The notes beneath the pieces are model-generated. The model was not told the origin of the DNA and ran no database searches. It saw only the letters and a program-made list of their open reading frames with translations. The translations under genes and the position numbers were made by a program. 64,000 nt of DNA from Candidatus Latescibacterota bacterium (lineage in GTDB: Bacteria; Latescibacterota; UBA2968; UBA8231). The stretch spans positions 1,728,001 through 1,792,000 of the forward strand of contig OZ253462.1 of the NCBI GenBank assembly GCA_965261395.1, written 5' to 3'. Shown here in pieces: positions 1 through 12,900 of the stretch (positions within the stretch are counted from its first letter, which is position 1; every line of letters begins with the position of its first letter).

Positions 1-220
1 CAATACCCAAGGCCCAGAGGGCCGACTTGCGAATGCGCTTCATACAATCCTCCACGTAAAAGGGTTGGGGTAAAATACTAAAATTAGACAAACCATCGCC
101 CCAACGCATTCCCGCCGTTTGTCCTTTTGCCAATAAACTGCGCCGTGCCGCGGGCGGGCGGCGCTGGCGAAATTTTGGTGGGATGAGTAGGTTGTCTGCT
201 GCATAGAAAGGAGAGCCACC

Positions 221-1297
221 ATGAAGAAACACACAGTAGCTATCATTGGCCTCGGGCGCATGGGCAGCACCATCGACGACGAAGGGCACGGCGACTTGCC
301 CTATTCGGTCGCGGCCGCGACCAAGGCGAGCGAGCGGTTGGAACTCGTGGCCGGAGCGGACCTCCTGCCGGATAAGCGCGATGCTTTTCAAAGCCGCTGG
401 GGAGCAGCCGTGTACGAGGACTTCCGCGACATGATCAGCCGCGAAGAGCCAGACCTCGTGGCCATCTGCACAGCGGCCTGTTTGCCCAAGCCCGCTAGGG
501 AGGCCCCGGATGCGAGCTTTCGCGGCGATTCGCACGCCGACCTAGCGGTGGCAGTGGCCGATCTGGGCGTGCCGATGATCTTCCTCGAAAAGGCCATGGC
601 CAGCTCCATGGAGCGCGCCGACGAAATCCGCGATGCCGTAAAGCGCAACAACGCACTCTTCAACACGGGCGTCCTGCGCCGCTTTGACAACCGCTACGAG
701 GTGGTCAAAGATGCGGTCGCCGCCGGTCAGGTCGGCGAGGTCCGGGCCGTGATTCACTACGCCAGTTCCAGCCTGATGCACGGACACATCCATTCGATCG
801 ACACAGTGTCCTATCTCATCGGCGACCCGGCGATTACAGCCGTGCGCGGCGAGCTGCTGCCCCGAGGCTTGCAAGTCGAGGGCAATCACATTCCGGCCGA
901 TCCCTTGGCTACCTATCAACTGCGCTTTGCCAACGGCGTCGAGGCGTGGTCAATTCCCGCGGCCCCGTGGGAATTCGAGGTCATCGGCTCGGAGGGCGCA
1001 ATTCGCTCGTGCAACAATGGGGCCGACGTTTCACTGCGCCGGCCCGGTGCCGTGCAAGGACGGAGCGCCTTGTGGGAGGAGGCACCCGTCGATCCGGTGA
1101 CGCCGCGCAGTACGACGCAGTGCTGCTTGGAGGATTTGGTCGCGGCGCGCGAATCCGGCCAACCCACGCGCGGCCACATCGACGTGACACACCACATCAC
1201 AGAAGCCACCATCGCCGTCGCCGAAAGCCATCGCCAAGGCGGCGCTTGGGTAGAACTGCCGCTGCCTTCCCGCGACCTGTACATCTTTCACATTTAG
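221..1297 (+). CDS. Gfo/Idh/MocA family oxidoreductase
   Basis: N-terminal Rossmann motif VAIIGLGRMG, EKAMA (EKP-like) motif, RRFD motif; RBS AAGGAG upstream of ATG. Confidence 0.88.
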   Translation: MKKHTVAIIGLGRMGSTIDDEGHGDLPYSVAAATKASERLELVAGADLLPDKRDAFQSRWGAAVYEDFRDMISREEPDLVAICTAACLPKPAREAPDASFRGDSHADLAVAVADLGVPMIFLEKAMASSMERADEIRDAVKRNNALFNTGVLRRFDNRYEVVKDAVAAGQVGEVRAVIHYASSSLMHGHIHSIDTVSYLIGDPAITAVRGELLPRGLQVEGNHIPADPLATYQLRFANGVEAWSIPAAPWEFEVIGSEGAIRSCNNGADVSLRRPGAVQGRSALWEEAPVDPVTPRSTTQCCLEDLVAARESGQPTRGHIDVTHHITEATIAVAESHRQGGAWVELPLPSRDLYIFHI

Positions 1298-1336
1298 GAT
1301 GCCCCAAAGGGCCTCTACTCCACCAAAAGGATACAC

Positions 1337-2122
1337 GTGCTAAAAGCAGGCATATTTCTCGACATGGAGAATCTCAACCGCTGCGGCGGCTACGCCATCC
1401 GCTTTCGCCAGATCAAGGCCCTGGTGGAGGCGCAGCAGGCGGTTGTAGTGCGGGCCAACGCCTATATGGCCATTGACCGCGATCGCGAAAAAATGGACCC
1501 AGAGTACCGCCAAAAGAGAGAAACGTATCGCAGTCGAGCGCGGCGGGAGGGCTACCATCTCATACTCAAGGAAGTGCGGCGCTATCTCACTTCAGAAGGC
1601 GAGACCATCGTCAAGGCCGACGCCGACCTAGAGCTGGCGATAGATGCCCTGTTGCAGGCAGAGAATTTGGACTACGTGTTGTTGGGCACTGGCGACGGCG
1701 ACTTCGTGCGCTTGGTGCGCGCCCTGCAAAACCGGGGCAAGCGGGTCGATTTGCTGTCTTTTATGAACACCAGCACCGCGCTGCGCCAAGAGGTAGATTA
1801 CCACTTTTCCGGGTACTTGGTGCCCGACATCCTGTTCTCTGACCGCGATTCAACCCAGCGCCTGCGCGGCATCCTGCACGCGGTCAACGAGGAGAAGGGC
1901 TACGGGTTCTTGACTGCGCAGACCGACTTGGGGCTGGACACCATGCGCGAGGATATTTTTCTGCACATTACCGACCTGCGCATGGCGAGGGGCGGGGTGG
2001 TGTCCAATGCGGACTTTGCCCAGTTGAGGATGCGCGGCGTGATTATCGAGTTCGAGATGGAGGACGATGGCGACCGGAAGAAGGCCGTCAACGCCGTGGA
2101 GTTCCGACCGGAGCTACTGTAA
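1337..2122 (+). CDS. NYN (LabA/DUF88-like PIN-fold) domain protein with C-terminal cold-shock domain
   Basis: IFLDMEN, KADADLELAID, LGTGDGDF acidic NYN motifs; C-terminal KGYGFL...DIFLHI RNP1/RNP2-like CSD motifs. Confidence 0.85.
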   Translation: MLKAGIFLDMENLNRCGGYAIRFRQIKALVEAQQAVVVRANAYMAIDRDREKMDPEYRQKRETYRSRARREGYHLILKEVRRYLTSEGETIVKADADLELAIDALLQAENLDYVLLGTGDGDFVRLVRALQNRGKRVDLLSFMNTSTALRQEVDYHFSGYLVPDILFSDRDSTQRLRGILHAVNEEKGYGFLTAQTDLGLDTMREDIFLHITDLRMARGGVVSNADFAQLRMRGVIIEFEMEDDGDRKKAVNAVEFRPELL

Positions 2123-2123
2123 G

Positions 2124-2855
2124 ATGGAGAAGGACTGGTGCGCTGAGGAGTTTCGCTGCATGGTCGCCCTCGGCGAGAGCACCACTGCTGGCGGCTGGAG
2201 CACCGCTCCCGATCGCTGCTGGGTGCCTCTCCTAGGCGCGCTCATCAACGACTTCCAGACCGCGCCTATGCAGGTCGTCAACTCTGGAATCGGTGCCAAC
2301 CTCATCGCTAGGCGCAGCCCGGCGTACGAGGAGAGCGGCAAGCCGGCTGCCGACGAGCGCCTCGACAGACACGTCCTCTCCCACGACCCCGACCTGCTCG
2401 CGATCTCCTACGGCCTCAACGACGCTCGGGGCGGTACGCCATTGGCCCAGTTTTGCGAGGACCTCGCCCTGCTCGTGGGACGCGTGCGCCAACGCGGGAA
2501 CCCGCTCATCCTGTTGCTCGGGCCCTACTTCATGACCGACTTCACCGTCGGGGGGAAGACCTGGAGCCACGCCGATCTGCCCCTGTTTGGGAGCTTCAAC
2601 ACGGCCACGGCCGAGGTGGCGGCACAACTCGACTGTCTGTACGTCGATCTGCTGGCCGCGAGCGGTGCAGCGCCTTGGATGGTCCACTACGACGGCGTGC
2701 ATCAGAACGACCTCGGCCACCGGATCGTCGCCAACCGCATCTTCGAGGTGCTCGCCCAAAATTGTTCCTGCCTGGCGAAGCGGACCCGGCAGGCCGAGCG
2801 GAGCAGTCCGAGGTGGAGGGACGAGTCGGTGCTGAAATCCGACTACGACTTCTGA
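2124..2855 (+). CDS. SGNH/GDSL hydrolase family protein
   Basis: ALGESTTAG (block I), NSGIGAN, YGLND, DGVHQN (block V); ATG 1 nt after the upstream stop. Confidence 0.85.
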   Translation: MEKDWCAEEFRCMVALGESTTAGGWSTAPDRCWVPLLGALINDFQTAPMQVVNSGIGANLIARRSPAYEESGKPAADERLDRHVLSHDPDLLAISYGLNDARGGTPLAQFCEDLALLVGRVRQRGNPLILLLGPYFMTDFTVGGKTWSHADLPLFGSFNTATAEVAAQLDCLYVDLLAASGAAPWMVHYDGVHQNDLGHRIVANRIFEVLAQNCSCLAKRTRQAERSSPRWRDESVLKSDYDF

Positions 2856-2955
2856 CCATGAGCGCGCGAGAACTGGATCTAGCGATGAGATTCCAATGTG
2901 CAGGAGTCCGGTCGGACGAGTTCAGGCTGTCTGTTGAGCTGCGGGGAAAGGAGAT

Positions 2956-3990
2956 ATGAACGCCATGCTTCGCGTCGCTATCGCCGGCTGCCACCGCCAG
3001 ATCCTGCGCAAGCCGACAAGCCACAACTTCGCCGCCGCCTTCTGCGCCAATCCCGACGCGGAAGTCGTCGGTGTCTTCGACTACGGCGAACGGGAACGCG
3101 CAGAATTCGTCGAGTGCTGGCGGGACGTGTGGGGAGAGGTGCCGGCCTTTGACGACTACGAGCAGCTTCTCAAGGAGGTCGCTCCCGACATCGTCTGCAT
3201 CGCCACCCGACAGACAATGCACGCCGACCAGATCGAAAGGGCGGTGGCCGCCGGCGTCCGCGGGATTCTGAGTGACAAACCGCTGGCCACGACCCTCGCC
3301 GAAATGGATCGCATCGTCGCGGCCTGTGCGGAGACCCCCCTTGCCTTCGCCCTCGACCGGCGCTGGGACTCCGCCTATCGGACGCTAAGCTCGGCCATCG
3401 CTGGCGGCCTGATCGGCGAGGTGACCAGCTTGGTGGCATACGGCATCCCGAATACAATCAATCACGGCTGTCACTGGTACGACGCCATGCTCGCGCTGCT
3501 GGGAGATCCGGAGCCCGCATGGGTCAGCGGCTTTGTAGATCCCGGCGACTCCGCGGATGAGCGTCGCCGGATCGATCCGCCCTGCCGTGCGCAGATCGGG
3601 ATGGACAACGGCGGAGTCGCCTATGTAACCTGCGACGGAGCCAAAGGCCCCGCCTTTGAGGTTGCGGGCGATGGCGGACGGATCTCCGTACTCGCCGACG
3701 CGAGCGCAGCCCGCATCTGGAGGGACGACTCTGAAGAGTTATTTCCCCTGCCGCCGAAGGCGGAAGGCTGGCCGGCCGGCATGAACATGGTGAGCGACCT
3801 AGTCCGCGCTGTCAAAGAGGGGGGCCGCACCGCGTGCGACATCTGTGAGGCCCGACGCGCAACCGAAATCGGATTCGCCATCTGCTCTTCCTCGGAGCGG
3901 GAAGGCGTCAGGGTTTTGCTACCCGCAGCGGATCGCTTGCTCCGCGTCGAGTCGTATCCGTGGGGGAACGAAGCTCCGAATGCGCTCTAA
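2956..3990 (+). CDS. Gfo/Idh/MocA family oxidoreductase
   Basis: RVAIAGC, PDIVCIAT, SDKPLA, NHGCHWYD motifs; RBS AAGGAG. Confidence 0.85.
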   Translation: MNAMLRVAIAGCHRQILRKPTSHNFAAAFCANPDAEVVGVFDYGERERAEFVECWRDVWGEVPAFDDYEQLLKEVAPDIVCIATRQTMHADQIERAVAAGVRGILSDKPLATTLAEMDRIVAACAETPLAFALDRRWDSAYRTLSSAIAGGLIGEVTSLVAYGIPNTINHGCHWYDAMLALLGDPEPAWVSGFVDPGDSADERRRIDPPCRAQIGMDNGGVAYVTCDGAKGPAFEVAGDGGRISVLADASAARIWRDDSEELFPLPPKAEGWPAGMNMVSDLVRAVKEGGRTACDICEARRATEIGFAICSSSEREGVRVLLPAADRLLRVESYPWGNEAPNAL

Positions 3991-4063
3991 CCCAATGTGC
4001 GGGACTCGCGGTCGAAGGCGAAAGCTTGGTTTGCGCCGCGGTCCATGCGGCCGGCCGGGTGAA

Positions 4064-4270
4064 TCACCCCCGCGACGGTTCGGCGTTTTCCCGCCGATGC
4101 CGCTGATGCACCTCTGCCATCTTGAAGTCGTTGTCTATGACCTGCTGCAAATGCACCATGCGCTCTGGGCCTGCGGTGCGCAACATGGCCTCGCCGTGGA
4201 TGCGGTCAATCCAGAACCGCCCCTCGTTGGCCAGCGCGTTCTGGAAGTCCTCTATGATCGCTGCTGCTGG
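4064..4270 (-). pseudogene. probable 3' remnant of an unrelated gene
   Basis: Protein-like segment AAAIIEDFQNALANEGRFWIDRIHGEAMLRTAGPERMVHLQQVIDNDFK...EPSRG* with host-like codon usage and no start of its own, directly downstream of the adhesin stop. Confidence 0.4.
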
Positions 4271-6399
4271 AGGAGGGCGCAACGGAGGACGGCTTACCAG
4301 TACAGGGTGCTGCGCAGCTTGAGCTCGTGCCCGGACTGGGCCGCCGTGCGCTCGCGGCGCTCGCCGACCAAATCCACGCGCAACGACCGCTCCACGCGCA
4401 GCCGCCCACCCAAGCCATAGGTGCGCGTGTCTCGGCCCGACGACGCGACACGCGCATACGGAGTTAGCAGGCCACCGAGCGCGTCTAGGCCGTACCCTAA
4501 CTCCGCGTCGAATAGACCGGCCCCGGCGGCTTGGGTGGATCGCGCCAAGTCCGCCGCACTGCGCTGCGACCAGAGGCGATCCATCCCGCTCGTCGCCCCC
4601 CAAGACGACTGCATCCGCAGCGACGGGCCTCGGCCCAACGCGCCTGGGTCTAGACTGAGCGAGCCGCCCACGCCCCACTCCTCATAGCCGTTGGCCTGAT
4701 GCACCAGCAGCCGCCGCGCCGTCGCCTTCAATTCCAAGCCCCGCTGTACGTGGGTATAGCCCAAGTTGCCGCCCACTTCCAGCCCCAGCCCGGTCTCCGC
4801 GTCGCCGCCATCGTGGCGCACTCCCACTTCCAGCGACGGGGACATCCGGCCCGAGTCCAATTCCACAGGGCGACCTCCTTCCAGCAGGAGGCGCAATCGG
4901 CTCGTCATGGTCTCTAGCGCCGGTCGGACCGCGGCGTCTGTATCCATCCGCACCAAGAAGGCGTCCGACTTCAGCGCCACATCGAAGTCAGACGATTCCG
5001 TCGGCGACAGCAACACGCCGCGAGCACCCAATCCACCCATCAGCATCCCAATATCAGTGTCGGGACGGTCGCCCATTCGTTCCATCTGGCCGCGCCCGTA
5101 GCCGAACAACCCCCACGCCGACAGCCGCTCAGTCACTGCGACGCGTAGGTAGGGATGCACGCTAGTCAGATAGCTCGCCAGTTCGCCTTTGCGGAAAGCC
5201 TCCTCGGCCGTATGCACATCGAACTCGCCGGTGCCCGAGCTGTGCGCCACCGCCAAACCAGCCAGCATCCGACCTTGTTGCCAATCACCGCCGAGCAGGC
5301 CCGTTGCCGCGCCACCCGTAAGCGATAAATCGACCTCCTCGCTCCTGAAGCGGGTCGTCGCTCCTCGCCCCCAAGCTGTCCAGCGGGCACCTTGCTCTTC
5401 GCTAGGTTTAGCCGACGACACTTGGAAGGAACTGCGGGATATAATATCCGCGAAGGAACTTCTCGTCAGATGATAGAAGGGATGCTGGGATAGAACATCT
5501 GCGGAGGAAGCATTCTTGGCCGGGACAGTCCGGTCAACCGCATTAGCCCCCCCTCGCCCGGCCACTGCCGCCGCCGTCACCCGCTGACCGCCCAACGTTA
5601 GATGTGCACCTTGTCCAGACCGACCCGTTAGGCGGTCCGAGACCGCGTCCATTACTTGGCTCGCCGTCGTCCGCCCAAACCGCGCCAGCCACGCCTTCTC
5701 CACCGAGGGGTCATCGTCGGTGATAGTACCTGTGGCTGTGCCTTCGGCTATTGTGGCGTTGGTCGGATCGCTCAACGCGATGGTGAGCGTTTCGTCGCCT
5801 TCATCCAGCGCGTCGTTGAATACTACTACCGCGATGGTCACCTCGGTCTGGCCGGGCGCGAAGGTTAGACGGTCGTCTGCCGCCACGTAATCCGCGTCTG
5901 CCTTCGCCGTACCGTCAGCGGTCGTCCAATCGACCGTCACTTCAAGGCTGCTGGCCGCTCCCAGCGTCACCGCGAAGGTGATCTCCCGGTCGCCTTCGGC
6001 TGCCTCCGCGTCGGCGATGGTCAGGGCCGGGGTGTCGTCGTTGTCGGCGATCGTGCCGGTAGCCTCCGCATCGTCCAAGGTCGCATTCGCTGCATTGGTC
6101 AATGCGACGGTGAATGTCTCGTCGGCTTCGTCCAGTGCGTCGTCTAACAGCGGTACGGTAACTGTCTGTTCCGTTTCCAGGGCGTCGAAAGTTAGCGTGC
6201 CCGTCGTCTCCGCGTAGTCGGTGCCCTCCTCTGCCGTGCCGTCCGCGGTCGTCCAATCGACCATTACCTCAAGGCTGCTGGCCACATTCAGCCGCACAGT
6301 GAAGGTGATCTGCTCGTCACCCTCTGTGGCATTCGCGTCGGCGATGGTCAGGGCCGGGGTGTCGTCCTCGGTGATTGTTACCGTCACCTCGGAGGCCGC

Positions 6400-7950
6400 C
6401 ACCCCTTCGTAGTCGCCACCGCTGACTGTATGCGTCAGGGTCACCGGATCGTCGTCAATGGCGTCGTCGTCAGGAGAGGCGGTTACCGCAACCGTCTGCG
6501 GTGTATTCCAATTGGCTGCCGTGAAGGTTAGCGTCGTCTCGTCCACTGCGACCTCAGCGTCCTCCGGCACTGCCACCATGACCATCACGTCTGCCGCTGG
6601 CTTGGTATCCAGCACCATCATGTAGCTCTGGGAATCGCCTTCTGGTATGGTCAATGCCGTCTCCGACACCGCGACTCCTGGTGTGTCGTCTTCGATAATC
6701 GAAACTTCGACATCTGCCGCCGTCACGCCCTCGTAGTCTCCGCCGCTGACGGCGTGCGTCAGCACCACTGGATCGTCGTCGATGGCGTCGTCGTCTTGAG
6801 CAGCGGTTACCGCGACTGTCTGTGGTGTATTCCAGTTGGCTGCCGTAAATGTCAACGTTAGAGGAGACACCGCTACTTCCGCGTCTTCCGGCACTGCCAC
6901 CACTACCATCACGTCCGCTGCTGGCTCGGTATCCAGCACTACCGTGTAGCTTTGGGAGCTGCCTTCCGGCACTTCCAGCACGTCGGTTGAGATCGTCACG
7001 CCAGCCGTGTCGTCTTCGGTGATCGTCACCTCGACGCCCGCTGCCGTCACATCCTCGTAGTCTCCGCCGCTGACTATGTGCGTGATCGTCAGCGGATCGT
7101 CGGTGACGGCATCGTCGTCTTGAGCGGCGGTTACCGCGACTGTCTGTGGTGTATTCCAATTGTCCGCCGTGAACGTCAACATCAGCGGAGCCACCGCGAT
7201 GTCCGCGTTTTCTGGCACCTGTATTTCGACGGTCACATCTGCCGCTGGCTCAGTGTCCAGCACCACTGTGTAGCTTTGGGAATCGCCTTCCGGCACTTCC
7301 AGCGCAGCGGTTGAGATCGTCACTCCAGCCGTGTCGTCTTCGGTGATTGTCACTTCGACATCTGCCGCCGTCACACCCTCGTAGTCTCCGCCGCTGACGG
7401 CGTGCGTCAGCATCAGCGGATCGTCGGCCACCGCATCGTCGTCGCGGGCTGCGGTTACTGCGACCGTCTGCGCCTCGTTCCAATTAGCCGCCGTGAAGGT
7501 CAACGCCGCTGGAGACACCGACACCTCCGCGTCCTCCGGCACCTGCACGGCCACCGTCACGTCCGCGGCTGGCTCGGTGTCCAGCACTACTGTGTAGCTC
7601 CGAGAATCGCCTTCTATGATCGTCAAGGCCGTCTCGGAGACCGTTATTCCTGGGGAGTCGTCTTCGGTGATCGTCACTTCGACGCTTGCTGCGGATAGGC
7701 CCTCGTAGTCGCCGCCGCTGACGGCGTGCGTCAGCATCAGCGGATCGTCGGCCACCGCGTCGGCATCCTGAGTGGCAGTCACCATTACCGTCTGTGTCGT
7801 CTTCCAGTTGGCCGCGGTGAACGTCAATTCCGTCTCGTCCACTGCGACCTCTGCGCCTTCGGGCACTTGCACGGTCACGGTCACGTCCGCTGTCGGCTCC
7901 GAGGTCAGCACTACCGCGTAGCTGGCGCTGGCGCCCTCATCCACCGTTAA
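6400..7950 (-). repeat. intragenic tandem repeat, 324-bp (108-aa) period, ~5 units
   Basis: tcgtagtc(t/g)ccgccgctgac recurs at 6731, 7055, 7379 and 7703. Confidence 0.85.
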
Positions 7951-10900
7951 AGACGTCGGGGTCACGGTCGCGCCGCGCTCGTCGTTATCGGTGACTGGTA
8001 CCGTCGCGCTAGCGGCTTCGCCCACCCGATGGGTCGCGCGCTCCGCAATCGTTGCCGTCACCGCGCCGTCCGCCTCGTCGCGCTCGTCGTCGTCTGTCGC
8101 CACCTGAAGCGTCGTCGTTTCCGCATCCGTTGCGAACGTCGCCTCGGTGGGAGCTCCTTCCGCGAGGAACGCGCCGCGCTCCGTCACGGTCACCGGCACC
8201 GTCAGCGGCGCGGTCAAGTCGCCCACTCGCGTCAGCGTGAATGTCGCCGTCCCACCTTCTTCTACGGCCGCTGGGTCTGCCGCCACACTGACCACCGGCA
8301 GATCGTTATCGGCGATTATGCCCGTTGCCGCGCCATCTGCGACCGTCGCGTTCTCCGGCTCACTCAACAGGACCGTAAACGCTTCGATTGCCTCGTCTAG
8401 GGCATCGTCGATAATGGGCACGCGGATCGTCTGCTCCGTCTCCAAGGCAGCAAAGGCCAGCATGCCGGTCGTTCCCTCGTAGTCCGTCCCTGCCATCGCC
8501 GTGCTGTCGGCGGTCGCATACCCTACCGTCACCGTCTGGCTGCTGGCCACGTTCAGCGCCACGGTGAACTCCAGCACTTGGTCCCCCTCCGCCGCTGCTC
8601 CGTCGGTGACCGCCAGTTCCGGCGTGTCGTCTTCGGTTATGGTGACCGCCACGGATTCGGCCGTCACTGTATCGTAGTCTCCGCCGCTGACGACGTGCGT
8701 CAGCATCAGCGGATCGTCGGCCACCGCGTCGGCATCCTGAGTGGCGATCACTGTTATCGTCTGTGTCGTCTTCCAGTTGGCCGCGGTGAACGTCAATTCC
8801 GTCTCGTCTACTGCGACCTCCGCGCCTTCGGGCACCTGCACGGTCACGGTCACGTCCGCCGTCGGCTCCGAGGTCAGCACTACCGCGTAGCTCGAACTGC
8901 TGCCTTCGTCCACGGTCAACGCTGTCGGGGTCACGGTTACGCCGCGCATGTCGTTGTCGAGGACCGGAACGATGGCACGGGCCGCATCGCCTGCCCGGTG
9001 GGTCGCGCCCTCCGCGATTGTCGCCGTCACCAAGCCGTTTACTTCGTCCTCATCATCATCTACCGTCGCCACCTGAAGCGTCGTATGCGATGCTCCGACC
9101 GCGAACCTCGCCTCGGTGGGTGTTCCATCCGCAAGGAACGCGCCGCGCTCCGTTAGGTCCACCGGCACCGTCAGTGGCCCACTCAAGTCGCCCACTCGCG
9201 TCAGTGTGAACGTCACTGTCGCGCCTTCTTCCACGGCCGCTGGGTCTGCCGCCACACTGACCACCGGCAGATCGTTATCGGCGATTATGCCCGTTGCCGC
9301 GCCATCTGCGACCGTCGCGTTCTCCGGCTCACTCAACAGGACCGTGAACGCTTCGATTGCCTCGTCTAGGGCATCGTCGATAATGGGCACGCGGATCGTC
9401 TGCTCCGTCTCCAAGGCAGCAAAGGTCAGCGTGCCGGTCGTTCCCTCGTAGTCCGTCCCTGCCATCGCCGTGCTGTCGGCGGTCGCATACCCTACCGTCA
9501 CCGTCTGGCTGCTGGCCACGTTCAGCCGCACGGTGAACTCCAGCACTTGGTCCCCCTCCGCCGCTGCTCCGTCGGTGACCGCCAGTTCCGGCGTGTCGTC
9601 TTCGGTTATGGTGACCGCCACGGATTCGGCCGGCACTGTATCGTAGTCTCCGCCGCTGACCGCATGCGTCAGCACCACCGGATCATCGGCTACTGCGTCG
9701 GCATCCTCCGCCGCCGTCACCGGCACCGTCTGCGCCTGATTCCAATCCTCGGCCGTGAACGTCAATTCCATCGCGTCCACCGCGACTTCCGCGTTTTCGG
9801 GCACCTGCACGGCTACGGTCACGTCTGCCGTCGGCTCCGAGGTCAGCACCACCGCGTAGCTGTCGCTGCTGCCTTCGTCCACCGTCAACGCTGTCGGGGT
9901 TACGGTCACGCCGCGCACGTCGTTGTCGGTGACTGGCACTATGGCACGGGCCGCATCGCCTGCCCGGTGGGTCGCGCCCTCCGCGATTGTCGCCGTCACC
10001 AAGCCGTTTACTTCGTCCTCATCATCATCTACCGTCGCCACCAGAAGCGTCGTATGCGACGCATCCGTTGCGAATGTCGCCTCGGCGGGAGCTCCTTCCG
10101 CGAGGAACGCGCCGCGCTCGGTCACACTTATTGGCACCGTCAGTGGCCCGCTCAAGTCGCCCACTCGCGTCAGTGTGAACGTCACTGTCGCGCCTTCTTC
10201 CACGGCCGCTGGGTCGGCTGTCACGCTCACCACCGGCAGGTCGTTGTCGGCGATCACGCCGTCCGCCGCGCCATCTCCGATTGTTGCGTTGGAAGCATTG
10301 CTCAGCGCGACCGTGAACGCTTCGACCGCCTCGTCTAGGTCGTCGTCGATGATGGGCACGCGGATCGTCTGCGTCGTCTCCAAGGCAGAAAAGGTCAGCG
10401 TGCCGGTCGTTGCCTCGTAGTCCTCGTCCGCCGTTGCCGTACCGTCGGCGGTCGCGTACTCGACTGTCACCGTCTGGCTGCTGGCCACGCTCAGCCGCAC
10501 TTGGAACGCCAGCTCCCCGTCGCCCTCTGCTGCCGCTGCATCGGCGATCCATAGCGTGGGTGTGTCGTCCTCAACGATTGTCACCGCAACCCTGGCTGCC
10601 GTCACCGCATCGTAATCGCCGCCACTGACTGCATGACGGATCGTCCCTGGATTGTCGGCTACAGCGTCGGCATCTTGAGCGGCGGTCACTGTTATCGTCT
10701 GCGCCTGGTTCCAATCTTCCGCCGTGAACGTCAATTCCGTCTCGTCCACTGCCACCTCCGCGTCTTCGGGCACCAGCACGGCTAGGGTCACATCCGCCGT
10801 CGGCTCCGAAGTCAGCACCACCGTGTAGCTGGCGCTGCCGCCCTCGGGAATGGTCAGGGCCGTCGGGGTCGCGGTCACGCCGCGCACGTCGTTGTCGAGG

Positions 10901-12900
10901 ACCGGAACGATGGCACGGTGGGTTGCGCCATCCGCGATCGTCGCCGTCACCAAGCCGTTGGCTTCGTCCACATCATCGTCCAGAGTCGCCACCTGAAGCG
11001 TCGTGTGCGATGCTCCGACCGCGAACATCGCCTCGGTGGGTGTTCCGTCCGCGAGGAACGCGCCGCGCTCCGTCACGTTCACCAGCACCTTCAGCGGCAC
11101 AGTGAGGTCGCCCGCCCGCTTCAGGGTGAACGTCACCGTCTCGCCTTCTTCCACCGCTGTCGGATCTGCCGCCACGCTCACCACCGGCAGGTCGTTGTCG
11201 ACAATTACACCGATGGCCTTGCCATCTTTGATCGTCGCGTTGGAAGCATTGATCAACATGACTGTAAACGTTTCCGCGGCTTCGTCTAGGTCGTCGTCGA
11301 TGATGGGCACGCGGATCGTCTGCTGTGTCTCCAAAGCGAGGAAGGTCAGCGTACCAGTCGTCGCTTCGTAATCCTCGCCCGCTGTCGCCGTGCCGGACGC
11401 AGTCACATACTCCGCGGTCACCGTCTTGTCGCTGGCTAGGCTCAGCCGGACTGAAAACGCCAGCTCCCCGTCGCTCTCTGCTGCCGCCGCGTTGGCGATT
11501 AATAGCGTAGACATATCATCTTCAAGGATCGTCACCGCAACGCTAGCCACCGTCGCCGCGTCGTAGTTGCCCCCACTGACTACATGCGTCAGTACCACCG
11601 GATCGTCGGGTACTGCGTCGAGATCCTGAGCGGCGGTCACCGTTATTGTCTGCGCCTGATTCCAATCCTCGGCCGTGAATATCAATACCGTCTCGTCCAC
11701 TGAGACTTCCGCGTCCTCTGGCACCTGCACGGCCACGGTCACTTCCGCTGTCGGCTCCGTGTCCAGCACCACCGTGTAGTTCGCGCTGCCGCCCTCGGGC
11801 ACGAGCAGCGCCGTCGGGGTCACGATCACGGCGAGCACGTCATTATCGATGACCATCACCGTCGCACTGGCTGCATCGCCTACCCGGTGGGTCGCACCAT
11901 CGGTGATCGTCGCTGTCACCGAGCCGTTGGCTTCGTCGCGCCTATCGTCGTCTGTCGCCACCAGAAGAGTGGTTGTCGCCGCATTGGCCGAGAATGTCAC
12001 CTCGGTGGGTGCTCTGCCTGCGAGGAACGAGCCGCGCTCCGTTACCCGTACCGGCACCTTCAGCGGCACGGTCAGGTCGCCTACCCGCGTCAGTGTAAAG
12101 GCTACTGTCTCGCCTTCCGTCACTCCTGCTAGGTCTGTTGCTACGCTGACCACCGGCAGGTCGTTATCGGCGATTATGCCCGTGGCCTCGCCATCTGCGA
12201 TCGCCGCGTTGGCATTGCTCAACGAGACGGTGAACGTCTCCGCCGCCTCGTCTAGGTCGTCATCAATGATCGGGACGCGGATCGTCTGTGCCGTTGTCCC
12301 AATTGGGAAGGTCAGCGTCCCGGTTGCCGCCTCGTAATCCGTCCCGGCTATCGCCGTGCCGTCGGCGGTCGTCCAGTCCACCGTCACCGTCTGGCTGCTG
12401 ATCAGGCTCAGCCGCACTGAAAACGCCATCTCCCCGTCGTCCTCCGCCGCCACTCCGTCGGCGATCCGGATCGTTGGGTCGTCCTCGAGGATTGTCACCG
12501 CAACGCTCGGTGCCGTCACCGCACTGTAGTCGCCGCCGCTAACCGCATGGCGAATCGTCACTGGATCGTCGGCGTCGGTATCGGCATCATGATCTGCGGT
12601 CACCGCAACTAGCTGCGTCGTCCTCCAGTTGGCCGCGGTAAATGTCAACGCCGTTGGGGCGACCGAAATCTCTGCGCCCGCTGGCACCTGCACGACCACG
12701 GTCACGTCCGCTGTCGGTTCTGTGTTCAGCGCCACCCCGTAGCTAGCACTACCGCCCTCGCGGACTGTCAGCGTCCTCGGGGTCACGGTCACGCCGCGCA
12801 CATCGTTGTCGATGACCGTCACTGTTGCGCTGGCCGCAGCGCCTATCTGATACGCGCCGCTGGTGATCGTCGCCGTCACTGCACCGTTCGCCTCTACGTG
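7950..12900 (-). repeat. intragenic tandem repeat of ~969-bp (323-aa) three-domain super-units; boundaries approximate
   Basis: Near-identical shadow ORFs offset by exactly 969 bp (8147/9116, 8578/9547, 9018/9987); more diverged units continue toward ~12.9 kb. Confidence 0.8.

Noticed and set aside
6400-12900. Long repeats as a CRISPR array or DGR template/variable repeats
   Set aside because: They are in-frame protein domain repeats with no spacers, no adenine-specific mismatch pattern noticed, and no cas or reverse transcriptase gene in the window
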